Shown: positions 32,100 through 39,359 of the stretch, piece after piece
Numbering within the stretch: position 1 is the stretch's first letter
Layout: each line of letters begins with the position of its first letter
Source of the DNA: Candidatus Saccharimonadota bacterium
Lineage (GTDB): Bacteria; Patescibacteriota; Saccharimonadia; CAILAD01; BJGX01
Length of the DNA: 40,378 bases
Direction of reading: 5' to 3'
NCBI GenBank assembly: GCA_013816445.1
Contig: JACDEK010000001.1
Span: 1-40,378, forward strand
Notes under the pieces: generated by a model
What the model saw: the letters and a program-made list of their open reading frames with translations, nothing else
Told to the model about the DNA's origin: nothing
Database searches by the model: none
Translations under genes and position numbers: made by a program

Positions 32100-32951
32100 C
32101 AATGGCTCGCAAAACAGCGTACAAAAGTTGGGGTTATACTACCAAGTCGTGGGTTGATATTCTCCCAGACAGCAGAAGAAATAGTAACAAACGTACAGGG
32201 TGTACGGCACAAGTTCTTTTTCGCTCATAAACTCCCTATACCAGAGTGCTTTGAAACACCTACTAGACGAGCTTTACAGGACAAGACAATTACCCATCTA
32301 TGGTTTGTAGAAGACGATATGATTCTACCGCCAGATGTACTCAAAAGTCTTGTAGATGCAGATAAGGAGTCTATAGCTTGTAACTACCCAGTTAATAATC
32401 AGGGTAGAGATGCAATGCTTATAGATGCAGAAGGACGAGTAGTATTCTCTGGCACAGGTTGTTTGTTAGTTAAACGAGCTGTATTCGAGAGAATGAAGAA
32501 ACCCTACTTCAGAACTGACATAGGCTGGCAAGGGCATAACTATGAAAACTTTATCAAGCTTATATCATCTAAGTCTCGCAAAGATAATCGCTATGGCTTG
32601 CATGATGTTACATTCGGAGTGCAACTCTACAAAGAGGGTAGACCAATTATAAAATCACCTATCTTGCTAGGTCAGAGAAAACTTGTAGCACTTGGTCAAG
32701 CAGGTACAAATGACGGTGCTCATCAAATAGAGGAGTGGACAGAAGTAAACGAGAATACAATGTATAACGAGATACGATCATATCCAGCCAAACCAGTAGG
32801 ATCACTAGTGACTGTAATGATAAATGGCATAGAGTCACCCATGATGGATGCAAAGCACGCAGCCATGCTTATGGAGAAGAAGGGTGCAACGCCCCCACCT
32901 AAGAGAAGCGTAATCATAGACGATAGTGCGGAGTTGTTATGGATCTCTTAA
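32085..32951 (+). CDS. Divergent GT-A-like glycosyltransferase candidate, paralog 2
   Basis: GGAGAAGaacATG; VGVILPSRGLIFSQTAEE...FVEDDMILPP...YGLHDVTFG...LGQRKL...NDGAHQI (track start 32073 is the same frame). Confidence 0.45.
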   Translation: MKQSDQWLAKQRTKVGVILPSRGLIFSQTAEEIVTNVQGVRHKFFFAHKLPIPECFETPTRRALQDKTITHLWFVEDDMILPPDVLKSLVDADKESIACNYPVNNQGRDAMLIDAEGRVVFSGTGCLLVKRAVFERMKKPYFRTDIGWQGHNYENFIKLISSKSRKDNRYGLHDVTFGVQLYKEGRPIIKSPILLGQRKLVALGQAGTNDGAHQIEEWTEVNENTMYNEIRSYPAKPVGSLVTVMINGIESPMMDAKHAAMLMEKKGATPPPKRSVIIDDSAELLWIS

Positions 32952-33667
32952 TTGTAATCATTACCTATAACCGCCTTGAATACACAAAACGTACAATACA
33001 AGATTTACTAGATACAATAAAGATACCTCACTATATCCTTGTAGTGGATAACGCATCTACAGATGGCACTCCTGAATACTTAGAAAAGTTACTAGATAAA
33101 AAGAAAATAGATGGGCTAGTTTTAAATGACGAGAACTACTATCCTGGCAAAGCTTGCAACATTGGTTGGGAGGAGGGATTAGAAGCTTATCCACAAGCAA
33201 CTCACCTTATGAGATTAGACAACGACTTTGTACTCTTAAAGGGCTGGGATACTACAGCAGAAAAATACTTTGACAAGATAGACAATCTTGGTCAACTTGG
33301 ACTAGACTATGATGCTATAAAAGATAATAAAGAACATGAAAAAGAATACAACGGTATGATATTGAACCACTGGCCAGGTGTGGTTGGTGGAGTAAATATC
33401 ATACCTAAAGGGCTCTGGGATCTAGGTATACGTTACGAGGAAACTCGCTGGATAAAGAAATGGGAGGGTATCAGCTCACCACAAGAGGACTCAGCACTCT
33501 CTAATAATATCAAAAGCTGGGGATTCTTAGTGGGGCATATGCAAGAGAAGCTTGCTTGGACGTTTGCAGATGAAACCAACTGGTCAGATTATCCAGATTA
33601 TTATATTAAGACTATGAGCGAGCGTGGATACGACGACCTAGTCAGAAAGATAAAAGGTAAAAAATGA
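32939..33667 (+). CDS. Family-2 glycosyltransferase
   Basis: LLIVIITYNRLEYTKRTIQDLL...ILVVDNASTDGT...RLDNDF. Confidence 0.75.
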   Translation: MDLLIVIITYNRLEYTKRTIQDLLDTIKIPHYILVVDNASTDGTPEYLEKLLDKKKIDGLVLNDENYYPGKACNIGWEEGLEAYPQATHLMRLDNDFVLLKGWDTTAEKYFDKIDNLGQLGLDYDAIKDNKEHEKEYNGMILNHWPGVVGGVNIIPKGLWDLGIRYEETRWIKKWEGISSPQEDSALSNNIKSWGFLVGHMQEKLAWTFADETNWSDYPDYYIKTMSERGYDDLVRKIKGKK

Positions 33668-34770
33668 AAGTAGCAACAATACTAGGTACTCGACCTGAAC
33701 TTATTAAGATGTCTGAAATTATTAAAAAACTAGACAAACATACAAACCACATACTTATCCACACTGGTCAGAATTATGACTTTGAACTAGGCGGTATATT
33801 CTATGAAGAACTTGGAGTAAGGAAGCCAGACTATGTGTGTGAATTAATTGGGGATAACTTACACGAAAAGATAGCTTCTATAATCGCTGCAACAGGCGAG
33901 GTATTAGCAAAAGAGAAACCAAACGCAGTTGTTATACTCGGTGATACCAATAGTTCACTAGCAGCATATATGGCTAAACGATTAAAGATACCAGTGTTCC
34001 ACCTAGAAGCTGGCAATAGATGCTTTGACGATAATGTACCTGAAGAAGTAAACCGTAGAATAATTGATCATATAAGTGATGTGAATATGGTGTACTCAGA
34101 AAACAGTCGACAGAACTTAATAGCTGAAGGCATAGCAAGGGATCGTATATTTACTATGGGCTCACCAATGCAAGAGATAATCGATACCCACGCTGGTAAG
34201 ATTGCAAAGAGCGATATACTACCCTACTTAGGAGTTGATGAGAATAAATACTTTGTAGCTAGTATCCACAGAGAAGAAAACGTAGATAACACGAACAACC
34301 TTAGTGAGATAGTTAAGTCACTAAACAAAATAGCAACTCTATATAACATACCAGTCATACTATCTGCTCACCCTCGTATGCTCGACAGAATGGAAAAGAA
34401 TAAGTTTGTTCTTGATGATAGGGTAATAGTACATAAACCATTTGGTTTCTTTGACTACATGAAACTCCAGATGAACTCTAAGTGTGTAATCAGTGATAGC
34501 GGTACAATATCTGAAGAAAGCTCTATAATGGGTTTTCCTGCAATAACCCTACGCAATACCATTGAAAGACCTGAAGTCATTGATGTGGGCGGTATGCTTA
34601 TCACTAGTATCAATATGATTAACATCCTGGACTGTTTAAAGGTAGCTACAAGCGACTTTGAAGCTTCACCCACACCAACAGCCTATGACATAGATAACTG
34701 CTCTGATAGGGTACTTAAAACAGTTCTTAGCTATACTCCGTATGTGAATAGATATGTGTGGAACAAATGA
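33664..34770 (+). CDS. UDP-N-acetylhexosamine 2-epimerase (WecB/FnlC/CapG family)
   Basis: ILGTRPELIKM...GDTNSSL...HLEAGNRCFD..VPEEVNRRIIDHISD...ERPE. Confidence 0.85.
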   Translation: MKVATILGTRPELIKMSEIIKKLDKHTNHILIHTGQNYDFELGGIFYEELGVRKPDYVCELIGDNLHEKIASIIAATGEVLAKEKPNAVVILGDTNSSLAAYMAKRLKIPVFHLEAGNRCFDDNVPEEVNRRIIDHISDVNMVYSENSRQNLIAEGIARDRIFTMGSPMQEIIDTHAGKIAKSDILPYLGVDENKYFVASIHREENVDNTNNLSEIVKSLNKIATLYNIPVILSAHPRMLDRMEKNKFVLDDRVIVHKPFGFFDYMKLQMNSKCVISDSGTISEESSIMGFPAITLRNTIERPEVIDVGGMLITSINMINILDCLKVATSDFEASPTPTAYDIDNCSDRVLKTVLSYTPYVNRYVWNK

Positions 34771-35705
34771 AGATAGCAGTTATAGGTGGTACAGGAAGCT
34801 TTGGTAAAGCTTTTGTAAAACGCTACTACAAGAAACACAAGATAACTGTTATTAGTAGAGATGAAGCAAAACAGCATGAAATGAGATTAGAGTACCCAGA
34901 TGTTGCTTACAAGATAGGTGATATTAGGGACAGAGAGAGAATGTTTGAACTTTTAAAGGGCTTTGATTGTATCTTTCAGGCAGCAGCTCTTAAACAAGTA
35001 CCCTCATGTGAGTTTTTCCCAATGGAAGCTGTTAAAACGAACATACTCGGAACGAACAATGTCATAGACGCTTCTGATGGGGCTAAGGTAGTCTGTCTAT
35101 CGACTGACAAGGCAGTATACCCCATAAACGCTATGGGTATCTCAAAAGCTATGATGGAGAAAGTAGCAATCTCTAAAGGGGCTATAGTTACTCGGTACGG
35201 TAATGTAATGCGTTCACGAGGCTCAATAATACCTATATGGGAATTAGCGGCAATAGATAACCAACCAATAAACATAACCAATCCTGATATGACTAGATTT
35301 CTTATGAGCTTAGATGACTCAATAGATCTAGTAATGTTCGCTATGAGAAAAGGTAAGCCAGGTAACATATTTGTCAAGAAAGCCCCAGCTTCTACTATGC
35401 AAGACTTAGCTAAAGCTGTCGTGAATACATTGGGTGATCTTATACCTGAATCCCCACCAGTTAACGTAATAGGTACTCGGCATGGGGAGAAGATGCACGA
35501 AACTCTTATAAGTCAGGAAGAAATGTATAGAACTGATGATATGGGCGATTTCTATAGAGTGAACCCAGACGGTAGGGATATGAACTACGATAAATACTTC
35601 ACTAAAGGCAAACAAGAAAAACCACCTGAAGCATACACTTCAGAGAATACAGAGCAACTAAATGTATTAGATGTTGAGGATCTGCTTTATGAAGCTAAGA
35701 GGTAA
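34767..35705 (+). CDS. UDP-GlcNAc 4,6-dehydratase/epimerase (CapD/FnlA/CapE/PseB family SDR)
   Basis: ATGA overlap; IGGTGSFGKAF...SRDEAKQHEM...GDIRDRERM...AAALKQVPSCEFFPMEAVKTNILGTNN. Confidence 0.8.
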   Translation: MKIAVIGGTGSFGKAFVKRYYKKHKITVISRDEAKQHEMRLEYPDVAYKIGDIRDRERMFELLKGFDCIFQAAALKQVPSCEFFPMEAVKTNILGTNNVIDASDGAKVVCLSTDKAVYPINAMGISKAMMEKVAISKGAIVTRYGNVMRSRGSIIPIWELAAIDNQPINITNPDMTRFLMSLDDSIDLVMFAMRKGKPGNIFVKKAPASTMQDLAKAVVNTLGDLIPESPPVNVIGTRHGEKMHETLISQEEMYRTDDMGDFYRVNPDGRDMNYDKYFTKGKQEKPPEAYTSENTEQLNVLDVEDLLYEAKR

Positions 35706-36453
35706 GATACTTTTACTTGGTTCTACAGGTATGGCAGGGCATACAATAAAACTCTACTTGGAAAAAGTAGGCTATCAGGTGGATACATTACATATGAGAA
35801 TACCAAGAGATATGAATTATCTAAGCCATGTTTATGAGTATGATGTGGTAATAAACTGTATTGGTATGCTTGTAAAAGAAAGCGAAATAGACCATGACAA
35901 GACAGTATTCGTGAATTCTTATCTACCCCAGTATCTAGCTAAGAGAGCTAAGAAGCTTATACACCTTAGTACAGATTGCGTGTTTGACGACAATTTCTAT
36001 GGGCGTAGCAAGGCTTTAGGTGAGGTAGTTAATGATAAAGACCTTACACTACGAATGTCAATTATAGGGGCTGATATGAAGCCAGGGGGTACAGGATTAT
36101 TTAATTGGTTTATGCAACAAGAGGGTGAAGTAGATGGATATAGTGAAGCTCTGTGGAATGGCATTACAACCCTTGAACTGGCTAAGGTTATAGATGAGGC
36201 TATTAAGCAAGATCTAACAGGTCTATATTCACCATTACCAAAATCACCTACAAATAAATACAAATTACTCTATATGATAAGAAAAGTATTTAATAAGGAT
36301 ATTGGCATAAAACTAGTAGAAAAGGGAGATGATAAGGTATTGGCTGAAACTAGAAAAGACTTTGAATACGAAAACAAAAGCTATGAGAAAATGCTAACTG
36401 AAATGAAGGAGTGGATTGATGAACACACAGAACTATACCCGCAATACCGCTAA
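35689..36453 (+). CDS. SDR-family sugar-nucleotide reductase (RmlD/FnlB-like)
   Basis: MKLRGKILLLGSTGMAGH Rossmann N-terminus; YGRSKALGE (YxxxK); follows the dehydratase. Confidence 0.55.
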   Translation: MKLRGKILLLGSTGMAGHTIKLYLEKVGYQVDTLHMRIPRDMNYLSHVYEYDVVINCIGMLVKESEIDHDKTVFVNSYLPQYLAKRAKKLIHLSTDCVFDDNFYGRSKALGEVVNDKDLTLRMSIIGADMKPGGTGLFNWFMQQEGEVDGYSEALWNGITTLELAKVIDEAIKQDLTGLYSPLPKSPTNKYKLLYMIRKVFNKDIGIKLVEKGDDKVLAETRKDFEYENKSYEKMLTEMKEWIDEHTELYPQYR

Positions 36454-37156
36454 GGAATGTGCCCTAAAGATAGAGAGAGCCGTTAAACACAGAGAGCCAT
36501 TTAGACATTTAGTTATAGATAGATTCTTACCAACAGCTATGGCTGATAGATGTTTAGAGGATTTTCCACACGAGAATACTAACATATGGGATATATCTAA
36601 TGATGATGTAGAGATCAAAATGAGATCTAAGTTTGATTCAGAGTTTGATTTTCCAGGTGAACTGGCGAATGTAGTACGAATACTCAACTCATCTATAATC
36701 TTAAAAGCTATGGCAGAGGCTATTGGGATAACAAAGCTGATACCAGACCCTTATTTTACTGGTGGTGGATTGAACCTGATGACTGAAGGTGGTGCTTTAG
36801 ATGTGCACATAGACGGCAACTATCACGATGCTATGAGGTTAAACAGAAGATTGAATGCAATCCTATTCTTAAACCCTAAGTGGAAAAAGCATATGGGTGG
36901 AGAGTTTGGACTGTACAATAAAAGTGGAACTATACTAAGAAAATCCATTGAGCCTATAATGAACAGATTAGTTATATTTGATACACATGATGAGTCATAT
37001 CATGGAATACCATCACCTATAAGCTTTGATAGACGATCTTTGATACTCTACTACTATACGGTCGAACCAAGACAGCACATGGTTATATCTGAACCTCACA
37101 GTGCTCTATGGAGAAAAAAAGACTTTACTGATAAGAAAGGAAATAAAACACGATGA
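36419..37156 (+). CDS. 2OG-Fe(II) oxygenase (prolyl-4-hydroxylase-like)
   Basis: AAGGAGtggattgATG; LDVHIDGN (HxD) ... NRLVIFDTHDESYHG (distal His) ... RRSL. Confidence 0.65.
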   Translation: MNTQNYTRNTAKECALKIERAVKHREPFRHLVIDRFLPTAMADRCLEDFPHENTNIWDISNDDVEIKMRSKFDSEFDFPGELANVVRILNSSIILKAMAEAIGITKLIPDPYFTGGGLNLMTEGGALDVHIDGNYHDAMRLNRRLNAILFLNPKWKKHMGGEFGLYNKSGTILRKSIEPIMNRLVIFDTHDESYHGIPSPISFDRRSLILYYYTVEPRQHMVISEPHSALWRKKDFTDKKGNKTR

Positions 37157-37659
37157 TATATGACGATCTTTACACAGATGAAACCTATAATCTACCGAAT
37201 ACTTTTAGAATAAACAAAGTGTATGAATGGGTAAAAAATTACAAATCCATCTTATATGTAGGCTGTGGTCAAGGTAACTATCTTAAGCACATGGACGATA
37301 AAGGACTTAATGTATCGGGTATCGAACTGAGTCAAGAAGCTTGTAGTAAGCTAAAAGGCTATAAGGTGGTGAACATAGACCTACTGCATTACAAAGGTAA
37401 GTATGATGCTTTGTACTGTATGGACGTTTTAGAGCACATAGAGCCTACTGAGATAGACGATAATCTAAAGAATCTTACATCTATAGCCCCCCATGCTTTA
37501 CTGGGCATAGCTAATCATTCTGATGTGTGCAGGGGTGTAGAGCTACATCTAATACAGGAGAACGCTGAGTGGTGGTGGGAACTATTAAGTAAGTATTATA
37601 AGAAAGTAGAACTATCTTGGATTGAAGATAGATTCTTTGCGTTCGAATGTTCTCTATAG
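37153..37659 (+). CDS. Class I SAM-dependent methyltransferase
   Basis: ILYVGCGQGNYL (motif I), DALYCMDVLEHI. Confidence 0.65.
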   Translation: MIYDDLYTDETYNLPNTFRINKVYEWVKNYKSILYVGCGQGNYLKHMDDKGLNVSGIELSQEACSKLKGYKVVNIDLLHYKGKYDALYCMDVLEHIEPTEIDDNLKNLTSIAPHALLGIANHSDVCRGVELHLIQENAEWWWELLSKYYKKVELSWIEDRFFAFECSL

Positions 37660-38333
37660 TAGTACCAATTGATCCTAATAGGTTACGTCAGTTTGAGTAC
37701 ACTAAACGAGAGTACGATAAAATGCCACAAGAAAAAGAACTTATTTTGGTGACTCGTAATGAATGTAATATAAAAAAATACCTAAAAAGATACCAGTTGG
37801 AAAAAGATGTAAGAGTAATACCCTATAAGTTTCTTGATGGGTTCAATTGTAGTATGGCTCTTAATATTGGAGTCAGGGAATCTAAGTACGACAATATAAT
37901 AATCACATCACCAGAAGTAAAGCCAGCACCAGATGTACTGGATAAGCTCGAACAGTCTATAGGTACAAACATAATATGTCAGGTGGCAGATGAATTAGAG
38001 GGTGGTGATATTGGACAAATACTCGTATATCATGGGTTTAGAGATGAATCACCAGCGATGTATTTCTTGGCAATGTTCAAGAAAAATGATATAGCTAGAA
38101 TAAACGGGTGGGACGAGGAGTTCATGAAAGGGTATGCTTATGAGGATAATGACTTCGGGGCACGTTGGGTACGAGCAGGGATTCCGTTTGAAATACGAGA
38201 AGACATTAAGGCAGTTCACCAATACCACCCTAGGTCTGAAACTAAACCTGGTGGAGCAGGAATTAACTACCAGCATTTTGGTGATAATAACCAGAATGTA
38301 GTTATTAGATGTAAAAATGGTCTAATGTTATAA
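37647..38333 (+). CDS. GT-A fold glycosyltransferase (GT2/galactosyltransferase-like)
   Basis: FSIVVPIDPNR...; GWDEEFMKGYAYEDNDFGARWVRAG. Confidence 0.55.
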   Translation: MFSIVVPIDPNRLRQFEYTKREYDKMPQEKELILVTRNECNIKKYLKRYQLEKDVRVIPYKFLDGFNCSMALNIGVRESKYDNIIITSPEVKPAPDVLDKLEQSIGTNIICQVADELEGGDIGQILVYHGFRDESPAMYFLAMFKKNDIARINGWDEEFMKGYAYEDNDFGARWVRAGIPFEIREDIKAVHQYHPRSETKPGGAGINYQHFGDNNQNVVIRCKNGLML

Positions 38334-38340
38334 TTAAGCT

Positions 38341-39351
38341 ATGAATAACGATAATATTCAAAAAGCCTATGAGGACAGGAAACAGGCCGAACTAGCCAAG
38401 CAAGATAAGGCTAGGCTTAGTGACCTACACAAAGATAAGCTCGTTGGTAATGATAGAGTGCAAAATGCAGTCATTAAATCTGCTATGGCAATTATTGAAG
38501 CACACTCAATTCATGAGCCTAAGGTAGCAGTAAAAAATTTAGGTAAGTTAGCTAAGAATAAAAGCCTATTAGATATAAACGAAGCAATATCTAGCTCAGA
38601 AAAGACTAGTAAACAAAACACAAAGCAACTCATAAATAGTGTAAACAAACTTATAGAGGTAGTAGATGCTATTCCTAAAGAGAACCCTGAGCTACCAGAT
38701 CCAGTAGAAGTAGTCAAAATAAACAACCTAAAAGACATAGAGCCAGCTCTAAATAAGATAACAGCAGCAGTCAATAAACTAAAGCTCAGCCCTGTATTTG
38801 ACCCTAAAATCACTGTTTCACCAGCAAATGTTAATGTCACTGAAGAAAAAGTTGATGTAAAACCAATAGTTGATTCTATTGAGAAACTTAAACCACTACT
38901 GAAAGATATAAAGAATAGTTCTACTAAAGTAGAGTTTACAGACTTAATAAACTCTGTGAATGCTACAACTGAGGCTATAAGCTCTCTATCTTTCCCAGTA
39001 CCAAACTATATACTCCCATTTACTTACAACGGTAAGGCAACTCAAGCAGCAGTTGATAGTACGGGGGCAATTATAAGTGGTGGTGATACAACTCTCCAAA
39101 ATCTTACAGACCAACTAGCTCATCTCATTAACAAGCTATCATTCTTATCTGGTGTGCAAGGTGTTGCTGCTGATATTAGGGTGACCATGCTCTCAGGAAC
39201 TATCACTACTGTCACGACTGTTTCAACCGTAACTACCGTAGGTACAGTAACTAACCAGACCAACATCGGTGGCTACGCTGCCACAAACACAATCATGAAT
39301 CAGATGAATACCAACGCTAATCAACTAAGACAACAAATAATCACCAATTAG
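38341..39351 (+). CDS. Virion-module protein with T/V-rich C-terminal tract (336 aa)
   Basis: Track ORF; ...LSGTITTVTTVSTVTTVGTVTNQTN... Confidence 0.6.
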   Translation: MNNDNIQKAYEDRKQAELAKQDKARLSDLHKDKLVGNDRVQNAVIKSAMAIIEAHSIHEPKVAVKNLGKLAKNKSLLDINEAISSSEKTSKQNTKQLINSVNKLIEVVDAIPKENPELPDPVEVVKINNLKDIEPALNKITAAVNKLKLSPVFDPKITVSPANVNVTEEKVDVKPIVDSIEKLKPLLKDIKNSSTKVEFTDLINSVNATTEAISSLSFPVPNYILPFTYNGKATQAAVDSTGAIISGGDTTLQNLTDQLAHLINKLSFLSGVQGVAADIRVTMLSGTITTVTTVSTVTTVGTVTNQTNIGGYAATNTIMNQMNTNANQLRQQIITN

Positions 39352-39359
39352 GAGACACT

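Noticed and set aside
31741-38840. Minus-strand ORFs inside the glycan island and the next gene (31741, 32659, 32723, 33831, 34455, 34976, 35406, 35997, 36433, 38049, 38511)
   Set aside because: All are antisense to motif-supported plus-strand enzymes and have no SDs.
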